Shown in pieces: positions 7,772 through 16,705 of a stretch of DNA of 64,000 nucleotides (position 1 is the stretch's first letter; every line of letters starts with the position of its first letter). The DNA lies in assembly GCA_965215555.1 (NCBI GenBank), contig OZ244071.1, positions 267,778 through 331,777 of the forward strand, written 5' to 3'. This stretch comes from Dehalococcoidia bacterium (GTDB taxonomy: Bacteria; Chloroflexota; Dehalococcoidia; Bin125). The position numbers and the translations under genes are program-made. The notes under the pieces are model-generated. The model searched no databases. It worked only from the letters and a program-made list of their open reading frames with translations, and was not told where the DNA came from.

Positions 7772-9295
7772 ATGGACGAAGCGATTATCGACGAGGTCAT
7801 CCAGGCTCGTGCTCAGGCGATGGATGACGCCAGGCCTGAGGCTGTGGCGAAGGTCCACGCGAAGGGTAAGTTCACGGCCCGAGAGCGGATTGACAGGGTG
7901 CTCGATAAGAGCAGCTTTGTCGAGTATGGCGTACTGGCGATTCCGGCGAACAAGTCGATGACTGGTCCAGCGGATGGACTGGTGCAGGGCTTTGGCACGG
8001 TCGAGGGGCATCCAGTAGGCATCGCGTCCTACGACTACACGGTGCAAGGCGGTACTCAGACTGCACTGAACCACGGCAAGTTCGACCGACTGCTTGACCT
8101 GGTCCACGACCGCCGTTGGCCGCTGATCACGTTCGCCGACGGCGGCGGCGCCAGGGCGCATGACCTGGCTGGATCGCAACGGGGCCTGACGGGTCGCTGG
8201 GGAACATTCGACGGGATGGCGCAACTTTCCGGCTGGGTACCCACGGTGTCTGTGGTTTCGGGCAGGTCGTTCGCCGGCAATGCATCGATTGCCGGGCTGT
8301 CCGACTTCATCGTGGCCACGCGGGACTCGGCGATTGGCATGGGTGGGCCGCCGCTGGTCGAGGGCGCGATGGGTCTGAAGCTGACACCCGATGACATCGG
8401 TCCGGCGGAGATGCACGACCGGGTCGGTGGGATTGATCTGATGGTCGAGACTGAAGCCGAGGCGATTGATGCCGCAAATCGCTATCTGCGTTACTTCCTC
8501 TACGATCTGCCAGACGGAGAGGCCGATCCGTGGGCCGAGCGGATTCGCGGGATTGTGCCGTCGAATCGACGGCGTGCTTACGACATGCGACGGGTGATTC
8601 GCGCGATCATGGATCGCGACACGACATTTGAAGTGCGACCGACGTGGGCGCCACAGTTGATTACTGCGCTCGCACGACTTGGCGGCCGATCGGTGGGGAT
8701 CATCGCCAACCAGCCACTCTCGGTGATTGCCGGTGCGATTGACTCGGACGCGTCGGATAAGATTGCCCGCTTCATCCAGCTCTGTGATGCACACGAGATC
8801 GCGATGGTGTCGCTGGTCGACAATCCCGGCTACATGGTCGGGAGACCGGCGGAGGAGCAGGGGATCGCTCGACACCATGCGCGACCGATCATTGCGCATC
8901 AGAATCGGACGGTGCCGCTGTATACGATTCAGCTTCGCAAGGCCTACGGTCTCGGTCCGGCGGCGATGGGCAATTCGTTTGCGCCTCGCGACGTCCGCCT
9001 GGCCTGGCCGACAGCGGAATCAGGAGGTATGGGGCTTGAGGGCGCTTCGCTCCTGGTTAATCGCGACGAGATCCGTGAGGTTGAGGAACGTGATCCCGCG
9101 GAAGCGAAGCGTATCCGCGACGAGTGGGCCAACGATATGCGGGAACACAACTCGGCGATCAACGCCGGTCGTCGGTATGAGTTTGACGACGTGATTCCAC
9201 CCGAGGAAACGCGGGATCGGCTGATTGCCATGCTGCGGATGACGCCGAGAGCGCCGCTGTCGCCTGTGAAGAAGCATGCGGTGGATGCCTGGTAG
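7772..9295 (+). CDS. Acyl-CoA carboxylase carboxyltransferase beta subunit (propionyl-CoA carboxylase beta-like)
   Basis: ATG at 7772 (MDEAIIDEV...) inside the longer listed ORF. Carboxyltransferase N- and C-domain motifs are present. Divergent from the acs gene. Confidence 0.8.
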   Translation: MDEAIIDEVIQARAQAMDDARPEAVAKVHAKGKFTARERIDRVLDKSSFVEYGVLAIPANKSMTGPADGLVQGFGTVEGHPVGIASYDYTVQGGTQTALNHGKFDRLLDLVHDRRWPLITFADGGGARAHDLAGSQRGLTGRWGTFDGMAQLSGWVPTVSVVSGRSFAGNASIAGLSDFIVATRDSAIGMGGPPLVEGAMGLKLTPDDIGPAEMHDRVGGIDLMVETEAEAIDAANRYLRYFLYDLPDGEADPWAERIRGIVPSNRRRAYDMRRVIRAIMDRDTTFEVRPTWAPQLITALARLGGRSVGIIANQPLSVIAGAIDSDASDKIARFIQLCDAHEIAMVSLVDNPGYMVGRPAEEQGIARHHARPIIAHQNRTVPLYTIQLRKAYGLGPAAMGNSFAPRDVRLAWPTAESGGMGLEGASLLVNRDEIREVEERDPAEAKRIRDEWANDMREHNSAINAGRRYEFDDVIPPEETRDRLIAMLRMTPRAPLSPVKKHAVDAW

Positions 9296-9346
9296 GGGCT
9301 GCGCGGCCCCTCCGCTCTTCGGGGCACCTCCCCCAACGGGGGAGGT
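9296..9346. terminator. Bidirectional hairpin terminator region between convergent genes
   Basis: Two GC-rich hairpins, GGGGCTGCGCGGCCCC and CCTCCCCCAACGGGGGAGG, between the carboxyltransferase (+) and HIBADH (-) genes. Confidence 0.5.
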
Positions 9347-9347
9347 C

Positions 9348-10268
9348 TTAGTCGCTATCGATTGCGGTCGCAGGGATTGAGATGCCGGCGGCGGACTCGA
9401 GGACCAGTTGGGCTGAGAAGTGGTGTAGATCGTCGAGTCCTGCAGCGAGTGATGCAAGGTACGTCTGATGGGTGGCATTGGCTACCGGCATGGGGACTTT
9501 CTGGTCGCGTGCCAACTCCAGGGCGAGCCCGACGTCCTTCTCCGCGATGACCATCGTGGTCGTGGGATTCTCCCATTGCTTGTCGAGGAACTGTTCGGCT
9601 AATCGCATGTACGGTCGGGCTGTGCCTTGCCTGAGTTTGTCGACCAGGTCGAGCGGGTCGAGTCCGGCTTTGGCTCCGAGCACCAACGCCTCTTGGACAA
9701 TCATGTGTCCGCAGAGAACGATGGTGTTGTTGATCAGCTTGTAGAGGCAACCCATGCCGGCTTCGCCGAGATGGAACACGTGATCGCCGATGTGGTCGAG
9801 GAGCGGACGGATGCGTTCGAAGGTCTCAGCGTCTCCGCTGCCGAGGATGGTCAGCGTGCCCTGTCCGGCGCGCACGACTCCGCCGGTGACTGGGGCGTCG
9901 ATGTGAATCACTCCGGCGTTGGTCTCGAGCTGAAGAATCCGTTCGACGCCCTTGACCGAGTTGGTGCTGAGGTCGATGTGGATGTCTCCAGGCGAGGCTC
10001 CGGCCAGGATGCCGTCGGGACCGACGGTCGCAGCCTCAATCTGAGTTGGTCCAGGCAGCGAGGTGAAGACGATGGAACAGAGCGATGCGACCTCGGCGGC
10101 GCTGCCGGCGGATTCTGCGCCGAGTTCGAGCAGATTCTCCATGACTTCGGGTCGCAGGTCGTATACGACGAGCTGTTGCCCGCCTCTGATCAGTTGCCGA
10201 GCCATCGGGTTGCCGATGTTTCCGGTGCCGATGAAGCCAATTTGCTGGTCGCGTGTGGAGTCTGGCAT
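9348..10268 (-). CDS. NAD(P)-dependent 3-hydroxyisobutyrate dehydrogenase family oxidoreductase (HIBADH/MmsB-like), copy 1
   Basis: Start at ATG 10268 (MPDSTRDQQIGFIGTGNIGNPMA...). Rossmann GxGxxG motif. Confidence 0.8.
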   Translation of the reverse strand: MPDSTRDQQIGFIGTGNIGNPMARQLIRGGQQLVVYDLRPEVMENLLELGAESAGSAAEVASLCSIVFTSLPGPTQIEAATVGPDGILAGASPGDIHIDLSTNSVKGVERILQLETNAGVIHIDAPVTGGVVRAGQGTLTILGSGDAETFERIRPLLDHIGDHVFHLGEAGMGCLYKLINNTIVLCGHMIVQEALVLGAKAGLDPLDLVDKLRQGTARPYMRLAEQFLDKQWENPTTTMVIAEKDVGLALELARDQKVPMPVANATHQTYLASLAAGLDDLHHFSAQLVLESAAGISIPATAIDSD

Positions 10269-10284
10269 GGTGTTGAGCGATCTC

Positions 10285-11217
10285 TTAGAGGGCAGCGCCG
10301 CCGCCTTCAATCTGGATGGTGGGGATCTCGAAGCCGGCGGCGGTCTCGATGGCCTGGAGGGTTGCGAGGAAGGACTGTTCACCGAGCCCGGCGCTTAGGG
10401 CTCGGAGGTACGTCTGGTGAGCTGCGTTGGCGACTGGCATCGGGACCTGGTTGACGCGTGCCGCTTCCATGGCGAGCGACACGTCCTTCTCAGCGAGGCG
10501 CAGGGTGAACGAGGGGTCATCGAAGCGCTTACCGAGCAGGTAGGGAGCCAGTCCCATGTATGGGCGTGCCGTGCCCAGCCGCAGTTTCTCGACCAGGTCC
10601 TCAGGATCGAGGCCGGCCTTGGTTCCGAGGACGAGTGCTTCTTGGACGATCTGGTTGCCGCAGAGAATGATCACGTTGTTGAGTAGCTTGAAGAGGCAGC
10701 CAGCGCCAGCCTCGCCAAGGTGGAAGATGCTTGCGCCGATCGGCTCGAGCAACGGACGGACGCGCTCGAAGGCTTCGGCCTCGCCGCTGCCCAACACCGT
10801 GAGGGTGCCGGCTACAGCGCCAGGAACACCGCCGGTGACCGGGGCGTCGATGTAGCTGACGCCGGCGTCCGCTTCGATTTGGGCGAGTCGCCGCACGGTT
10901 GTGATCGAGTTGCTGCTGAGATCGATGTGAATGTCACCTGCGGCCGCGCCAGCAAGAATGCCATCTGCTCCGGTGATCGCGGCCTCGACCTCGGGCGGAC
11001 CCGGGAGCGACGTGAAGACGACGGAGCATCGTGACGCGACCTCGGCGCAGCTTTCTGCAGGCTCCGCCCCGAGCTCGAGGAGATTCTCCATGACTTCCGG
11101 TCGGAGATCGTAGATCACGAGTTGATGTCCGGCGGCGATCAGGTTCTTGGCCATCGGGTTGCCGATGTTGCCGGTGCCGATGAAGCCGATTTGCTGGTCG
11201 CGGGATGAATCGGACAT
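10285..11217 (-). CDS. NAD(P)-dependent 3-hydroxyisobutyrate dehydrogenase family oxidoreductase, copy 2 (tandem paralog)
   Basis: Start at ATG 11217 (MSDSSRDQQIGFIGTGNIGNPMA...). The paralogs share the same motifs; I did not compute a percent identity. Confidence 0.8.
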   Translation of the reverse strand: MSDSSRDQQIGFIGTGNIGNPMAKNLIAAGHQLVIYDLRPEVMENLLELGAEPAESCAEVASRCSVVFTSLPGPPEVEAAITGADGILAGAAAGDIHIDLSSNSITTVRRLAQIEADAGVSYIDAPVTGGVPGAVAGTLTVLGSGEAEAFERVRPLLEPIGASIFHLGEAGAGCLFKLLNNVIILCGNQIVQEALVLGTKAGLDPEDLVEKLRLGTARPYMGLAPYLLGKRFDDPSFTLRLAEKDVSLAMEAARVNQVPMPVANAAHQTYLRALSAGLGEQSFLATLQAIETAAGFEIPTIQIEGGGAAL

Positions 11218-11228
11218 GGATGGACTCC

Positions 11229-11876
11229 TTAGAGGGATTGGTCGGGAGTGAATGTGTCGGCGGCACGCCACATATACCAACTGGCGACTGAACGATACGG
11301 GGCCCATTTCGCGCCGAGCTCGGCGGCCTCTTTCGGCTTGGGGATTTCGGCGAGGTTGTAGGCGACCTGCATGCCTTTGCACACCCCGAGGTCGCCGACG
11401 GGCAGGATGTCGGGGCGGCCGAGATGGAACATCAGGTGCATGTGAGCGGTCCACTCGCCAATGCCTCTGACTTCGGTGAGCGCTTTGATCACATGGTCGT
11501 CGGACATCCGATTAAGTCGTGTGAGCTTGAGCCGTCCGTCGGCAGTGTGGACGGCGAGGTCGCGGAAGCAGGACATCTTTTGCCGCGAGATGCCGCAGGC
11601 GCGAAAGTCTTCGTCGGGGGTCGCGAGAATCTGTTCAGGTGTTGGTGTCGTCTGCTCGTCGCCGTAGTAGGCGAACCACTTGCGTTGAATCGCTGAGGCC
11701 GCTGCTCCAGCTAGCTGCTGGAAGAGGATGGAGCGGACGAGCGCCGACCATGGGTCGCCTGAAGGTCGTGGTTCAAATGGTCCGTGCTGATCAATGAGCT
11801 GTCCGATGACAGGATCGGCTTCTCGCAGGTGTGCGTTGGCTTTGCGAATGGAGAACTTTCGACGGACAGGGGGCAT
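11229..11876 (-). CDS. DNA-3-methyladenine glycosylase II (AlkA-like, HhH-GPD superfamily)
   Basis: HhH-GPD motifs: 'LTEVRGIGEWTAHMHLMF...' and 'ILPVGDLGV'. Confidence 0.7.
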   Translation of the reverse strand: MPPVRRKFSIRKANAHLREADPVIGQLIDQHGPFEPRPSGDPWSALVRSILFQQLAGAAASAIQRKWFAYYGDEQTTPTPEQILATPDEDFRACGISRQKMSCFRDLAVHTADGRLKLTRLNRMSDDHVIKALTEVRGIGEWTAHMHLMFHLGRPDILPVGDLGVCKGMQVAYNLAEIPKPKEAAELGAKWAPYRSVASWYMWRAADTFTPDQSL

Positions 11877-11882
11877 GAGCAG

Positions 11883-12512
11883 CTAGTCGTTCCAGCCGTT
11901 CCAGTGGAGGAACGTGTCGAGCGGCCTTCTGGTCACCGGACCGAAGTTGGCGTTGGGGTGTCCCATGGGGATGATTGCGACTGGCAGGGCGTCTTCGGGA
12001 ATGTTGAGCTCTTCTCGCAGATCGTCCATGATTCCGTCTTGGGGCGTCGTGAGGACGGTGCCCAGACCCTCGGCGCGGGCGGCGAGCATGATGTTCTGGA
12101 TGCTGGGATAGATGCTGCTGCCAGCGAGCAGGCTGTCGGCCGCGCGGGCCAGATACAGATTGGAGAGAATGCAAGGGATGATCCAGACCGGCGCGGCAGC
12201 GAAGTTGTCGAAGAGGTTCTTCGCGCCTCTGTACATGCGACGCTGAGTTGGATCTTCGACCTCATCAGGATTAGGGAAGCTGCGACCGACGCGGCTCTCG
12301 AAACTTGAACGGATGGCTTCGGCGAGGCGTTGGCGTTTGCCGTCGTCGGTGACGACGAGGAAGCCCCAGGGTTGCGAGTTACTGCCGCTGGGCGCCCAGC
12401 AGCCGGCCTGGATGATCCGCTCGATCACGTCACGATCAACTGGTTCGTCGGTCCAGCGGCGGATGGCGCGTTGGGTCTGCATGACTTCGTAGATGTCATT
12501 GGTGGTGGTCAT
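11883..12512 (-). CDS. Nitroreductase family protein
   Basis: Start at ATG 12512 (MTTTNDIYEVMQTQRAIRRW...). The nitroreductase N-terminal 'R..R....P' motif is present. Confidence 0.7.
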   Translation of the reverse strand: MTTTNDIYEVMQTQRAIRRWTDEPVDRDVIERIIQAGCWAPSGSNSQPWGFLVVTDDGKRQRLAEAIRSSFESRVGRSFPNPDEVEDPTQRRMYRGAKNLFDNFAAAPVWIIPCILSNLYLARAADSLLAGSSIYPSIQNIMLAARAEGLGTVLTTPQDGIMDDLREELNIPEDALPVAIIPMGHPNANFGPVTRRPLDTFLHWNGWND

Positions 12513-13984
12513 GGGATCGATCTTTCGGTGCGTCGGGTCTGCCACGTGAGGAGCCGCTTCATGGCGCGGGCGGCGTCGCGGATGTTGTAGTAGAGCGGGA
12601 GTCCGGCGTCGGAGATCATTCGCGACAACTCCGCGTTGGACTTGCCCTGGCGCTGATCGAAGTTGATCGGCACGACGATCGAGATGGCCATGCCGTACCG
12701 TTCGCGGGCTTCGGCGATCTCGGCAATCATCTGGCGACGGTTTTCGATCTGGTCGTCGCCAAAGAAACCGACACCCCAGCTCATTCCGGTTTGGACGATG
12801 ATTGCGTCGACGCTCGGATCCTCGGCGACTGCTTGCAGGGTTGGCCGGACCCGTTCTCCGTCCCAGAGTGACATGGTGTCGACGGGATTGCGGATGCCGG
12901 TGCCGGCGACCGCTGTGACTTTGGCGAGACGTTTGAGGGTGTGGTCGCTGAACGCGGGCAGTTGGAGTCCTTCGCGTTCGACGTCGTCGGCGCCCTGCAC
13001 GGAAATGCCGCCTCCGCCGACGACCAGCCCGATCCTGGGTCCTGCCGGGATAGCGCCGAATCGCCAGCCGACGAGGAGGTCGACCATTTCCTGCATGTTG
13101 TGGACGAGGACGGCATTGGTTTGTCGTGCGGCAGCAGCCCAGACCTGACCGGAACCGGCCAGCGAAGCGGTGTGTGACTGGGTGGCTCTGCCGCCGGAGG
13201 GCAGGAGGCCTCCCTTCAGCAGGCCAACCGGCTTGCTGCGCGCGGCGCTGCGCAGCGAGCGGAAAAAGTCTCGCGCGTCTGGCATACCTTCGATGTAGGC
13301 GCCGATGATTTCGGTGTTGGGATCGTGCTCGGCATAGTCGAGGAGTTCGGCGGCGGAGACGTCGATCGCATTGCCGAAGGAGACGACTTTGGAGAAGCGC
13401 AGACCACGGAGCGCGCCGTTGTAGGCGGCGTCGCTGGCGTTGGTTCCCGATTGTGAGAAGAACGCGACGGGTCCTGAATCGGTTGGGAGCTGTTGGGTGA
13501 AGGAGACCTTGCCTTCGGGAACGTAGAGACCCAGGCAGTTGGGGCCGATCAGGCGGATGCCGAGTTCCGTGGCTCTGGTCTTGAGTTGGTGCTGCAGGTT
13601 CTGGCGGTCGGCGATACCGGTCTCGGCGAATCCGGCGGTGAAGAGGTGAATCGAGCGGACGCCTTTGGCGGAGGCGTCTTCAAGCATGTCGAGGACGTAG
13701 GCGGCAGGGATGGCGCTGATTACGTGGTCGACGGGTCCGGGGATATCCGTGAGGCGGGCGTAAGCGGGCAGGCCTTCGATCTCGTCGGCTTTTGGGTTGA
13801 CGGGGTAGATGTTCGGCTGTCCGGCGTCCTTGAGCGACTGGAGCCAGCCGCTGGGTCCGCTTGCGCCGCGGCTACCTCGTGATGCGCCGACGACGGCGAC
13901 GCCTCGCGGGTGGAAGATGGGATCGAGTGGGTGTGTGTCGGTCACGGTTGCAAGTCTAGGCGGTGATAGAGGATTGATTCCCAA
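12509..13984 (-). CDS. CoA-binding acyl-CoA synthetase (NDP-forming) alpha-domain protein
   Basis: 'FHPRGVAVVGASRG' CoA-binding Rossmann region and succinyl-CoA-synthetase-like domains 'IRLIGPNCLG'. The start codon is uncertain. Confidence 0.65.
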   Translation of the reverse strand: MGINPLSPPRLATVTDTHPLDPIFHPRGVAVVGASRGSRGASGPSGWLQSLKDAGQPNIYPVNPKADEIEGLPAYARLTDIPGPVDHVISAIPAAYVLDMLEDASAKGVRSIHLFTAGFAETGIADRQNLQHQLKTRATELGIRLIGPNCLGLYVPEGKVSFTQQLPTDSGPVAFFSQSGTNASDAAYNGALRGLRFSKVVSFGNAIDVSAAELLDYAEHDPNTEIIGAYIEGMPDARDFFRSLRSAARSKPVGLLKGGLLPSGGRATQSHTASLAGSGQVWAAAARQTNAVLVHNMQEMVDLLVGWRFGAIPAGPRIGLVVGGGGISVQGADDVEREGLQLPAFSDHTLKRLAKVTAVAGTGIRNPVDTMSLWDGERVRPTLQAVAEDPSVDAIIVQTGMSWGVGFFGDDQIENRRQMIAEIAEARERYGMAISIVVPINFDQRQGKSNAELSRMISDAGLPLYYNIRDAARAMKRLLTWQTRRTERSIP

Positions 13985-14095
13985 GCGCGTAGCAGACCCT
14001 GTGAGAGAGCCCCCTCAGCCGCTCCGCGACAGCTCCCCCAGAGGAGGAGCTCTTCCTGATTGCAAGTCATGCATTCGGTCGTTGGAGGAGGTGCT

Positions 14096-14668
14096 CTAGC
14101 CGGCGGTGGCGCATCCTCCGGCTCCGAGTGGCTCGGGGGCGTCGTCGTGGAACTCGTCGAAGAACTGGTCGATGGCCCGTTCTTCAACGCTGTCGAGCGG
14201 CAGTCGCACTCCCCAAGCGACGAGCATGAGTGGTGTTTCGAGTCCGCCGTAGGGTGCCTGGATGACGTAATCACCGTCGTTGAGGTGTTTGCTGGAGATT
14301 TCTGTAAGTGTTGTGATCTCTTCGGTGGTGAGATCGGCTGGGGAGTACCACAATGCAACCGCACCGTGTTCCATCCCGTGAACGACCATCTCGAACAGAG
14401 GGGTCGAGCTGTAGATGCCGCAGGTGAGCGCGATCGGGGAGTGCTCTTCACCGTATGGAGGGAACACGGTGTAGTCGGCCGGTTGGTTGCCGATCAGGTG
14501 AATCTGTTGATCCGTCGTGTGTTCGTTGTCGTAGATCTCGAGTTCTGGTCGGTCGCGGATGTCGGTGGAGGTCTGACCCCCACTCGAACCTCCACCGCAT
14601 GCCGACAAGGCGACAGCGAGCATGACAGCGATAGTCGCGACGGCAAGTCGGGGACTCAGGCGGATCAT
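14096..14668 (-). CDS. Lipoprotein, DUF3105-like
   Basis: Signal peptide plus lipobox 'LSACGG'. 'HGAVALWYSP' motif resembles the upstream paralog. Confidence 0.5.
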   Translation of the reverse strand: MIRLSPRLAVATIAVMLAVALSACGGGSSGGQTSTDIRDRPELEIYDNEHTTDQQIHLIGNQPADYTVFPPYGEEHSPIALTCGIYSSTPLFEMVVHGMEHGAVALWYSPADLTTEEITTLTEISSKHLNDGDYVIQAPYGGLETPLMLVAWGVRLPLDSVEERAIDQFFDEFHDDAPEPLGAGGCATAG

Positions 14669-15465
14669 TGGGATGACGTTCCCGCCGAAACCGTGCTATC
14701 GCCGCGCTCGAGCCGATAGCGGTCGTAGTAGCCATCGGGCGCGTTCTGCAGGAAAGCGGTGATCTGCTCGTTGCCGTCAACGTCCCATTGGTTGACGCGG
14801 AGCAGGGTTCGCCAGGCGGCGATCACGATTGTTGCGCCTTCATGCTCCTCGGCCAACCCTTCGAATGGCACGACCGCGAGTCGCTCCCGGAACTGGCGCA
14901 GGCTTTGCATCGCTCCGAGCAGGCCGCTGGTGTCTTCAGCATCCGTGTACGAGTTCGGGTCGTAGTAGATCACGACGCCGCCACGCTCTAGCAGCGGCAA
15001 CATTTGAGCCGGTTGAGGAATGTTCTCGTCGTCTGGCAGATACACGTCGGCATCCGGCGACTCAGACGGTTGCGGGCCTGAGGTCGGTGGAGACGAGTTG
15101 TAACTGTCGAAGGTCTCGCCCTCGCCCAGGTGTCGCCGCCCCTGGTCGGGATACGTCTGGACACCCTCGACCTGGGCCACTTCGTCAGGAGGGAAGAGGA
15201 GCTGCATCGCGAAGACGGCGATCATCGCAACCATCAGACCGCCGAGCAGGGCGACGGACATGCGTGGCATGCCGAAGATGGTGCCCCTCCGTTGCGGTTG
15301 ATCAGCGGTTGCCGCGCCGGATCGTTTGCCGCCGCCTCGACCCCGTTCGCTGGATTCGGTATTCGTTTCGCCTTCGGGCCGACGCCCGACCTCGGATTCG
15401 CCGGAGTCTCCTGAGGGTCGCGCGGGGCGTCGCCGCCGTCGCCGTCGTGCTGGCTGTTGACTCAT
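14665..15465 (-). CDS. Membrane-anchored DUF3105-like protein with Arg-rich N-terminus
   Basis: ATG at 15465 overlaps the CaiB stop (ATGA). N-terminus is MSQQPARRRRRRR, followed by a TM helix. 'SSPPTSGPQ' and 'GGVVIYYDPN' motifs. Confidence 0.55.
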   Translation of the reverse strand: MSQQPARRRRRRRPARPSGDSGESEVGRRPEGETNTESSERGRGGGKRSGAATADQPQRRGTIFGMPRMSVALLGGLMVAMIAVFAMQLLFPPDEVAQVEGVQTYPDQGRRHLGEGETFDSYNSSPPTSGPQPSESPDADVYLPDDENIPQPAQMLPLLERGGVVIYYDPNSYTDAEDTSGLLGAMQSLRQFRERLAVVPFEGLAEEHEGATIVIAAWRTLLRVNQWDVDGNEQITAFLQNAPDGYYDRYRLERGDSTVSAGTSSQ

Positions 15466-16703
15466 CGTGCGACTCCTGCGGCGATCAATGCGCCAAGTTC
15501 GTTCTTGCTCAGTCCGAGTTGGCCGCAGAGCACTTCGGCGGTGTGTTCTCCGAGCATCGGCGCGCGCCGGCCGTGCGTCCAGGGAGTCTCGCTGAGGATG
15601 TAGGGAGCTCCGGGGAAGGTCACAGTACGGTTGCGCTCCTCGTGCTCGACCTCGACGAAGAATCCGCGTGCGTGCCAGTGTTCGTCGTCGAGGCATTCGT
15701 CGGGCGTGCGGATGATGCTCCAGGCTGCGCCGGCGGCCTGTGCGCCAGCGTATATCTCCTGAGCCTCGTGGGCAGCGATGAAGTCGGCAATGTCAGCGAG
15801 CATCATCGCCACAGAGGGCTGCTGGAGTCCGAGTTGTCGTTTTCGACCGTCGAGGAGTTCGAAATCGGAGAGGTTCTCGCCCATGCCGTGTTCCTGAATG
15901 AACGCGACCAGCGCGAGCCAGCTCGCCTCGGAGCGTGGCATGCCGAAGATGTTGATCAGGCGTCCGTCGGCGGTGGGATATTGCCAGGGTTCGGTTGGCT
16001 GTGGTCCAGCGTGTCGGCCGGCCTGACGAATCAATGGATGCTGCTCGTAGAGAGCCCAGGGCGCGGATGACTCGATCGTGAAGCCCAGGCACTCGTGCAT
16101 GGCGATATCGAGGTGCTGGCCGACACCGCTCTGTTGTCGTTCGTAGAGCGCTGCGCAAGCGCCGGTGGCAGCGAAGTATCCGGCGATGTGACCGGCGTGA
16201 TGTTCGGTAGGCCTGATCGGAGGGGTCCCAGGAATGTTGTCATAACCGCAACTACCCATCGGTCCGCCCAAGGCAATACCAACGCCGTCAGACCATGCGT
16301 AGTCGCGCCACGGGCCAGTCTGTCCGAAGGGCGTGAGGCTAAGCACGACGAGTTCGGGATAGTACTCAGAGAGAGCAGCAGGGTCGAACGGTCGCTCTCG
16401 TCCTGGCTGCCATGTCTCGAGCACGATGTCTGCCTGCTCGGCGAGTTGGAGGAAGAGCTCCAGGCCGTCTGAACTGTGGAGATCGAGTGCGACGGATTGC
16501 GTTCCGCCGGCGTAGTGCCACCAGTACAGACTCCGTTCAGGGCCGGGTTGATCTTCAAGGAACGGTCCGTAGCATCGCCCGATATCACCATCCGGCGATT
16601 CGATCTTGATGACCTCGGCACCCAGACCTGCGAGCAGTTTGGCGGCGAAGTGCCCCTTTGGGTCGGAAAGGTCGAGGACGTTGATGCCGTCGAGCGGTCC
16701 CAT
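15462..16703 (-). CDS. Family III CoA-transferase (CaiB/BaiF), copy 1
   Basis: N-terminus 'LDGINVLDLSD..GHFAAKLLAGLGAEVIKIE' is characteristic of CaiB/BaiF. Confidence 0.8.
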   Translation of the reverse strand: MGPLDGINVLDLSDPKGHFAAKLLAGLGAEVIKIESPDGDIGRCYGPFLEDQPGPERSLYWWHYAGGTQSVALDLHSSDGLELFLQLAEQADIVLETWQPGRERPFDPAALSEYYPELVVLSLTPFGQTGPWRDYAWSDGVGIALGGPMGSCGYDNIPGTPPIRPTEHHAGHIAGYFAATGACAALYERQQSGVGQHLDIAMHECLGFTIESSAPWALYEQHPLIRQAGRHAGPQPTEPWQYPTADGRLINIFGMPRSEASWLALVAFIQEHGMGENLSDFELLDGRKRQLGLQQPSVAMMLADIADFIAAHEAQEIYAGAQAAGAAWSIIRTPDECLDDEHWHARGFFVEVEHEERNRTVTFPGAPYILSETPWTHGRRAPMLGEHTAEVLCGQLGLSKNELGALIAAGVAR

Positions 16704-16705
16704 AG

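Noticed and set aside
7763-8899. 378-aa minus-strand ORF
   Set aside because: Antisense to the carboxyltransferase gene, with a low-complexity Arg-rich product.
13955-14074. Direct repeat TTGCAAGTC at 13957 and 14062
   Set aside because: Only 9-10 bp, a single pair, and no flanking structure. Compatible with chance.
14829-16070. 413-aa plus-strand ORF
   Set aside because: It lies antisense to the DUF3105 and CaiB genes, has an Arg/Ala-rich low-complexity translation, and has no start context. It is a typical high-GC antisense artefact.
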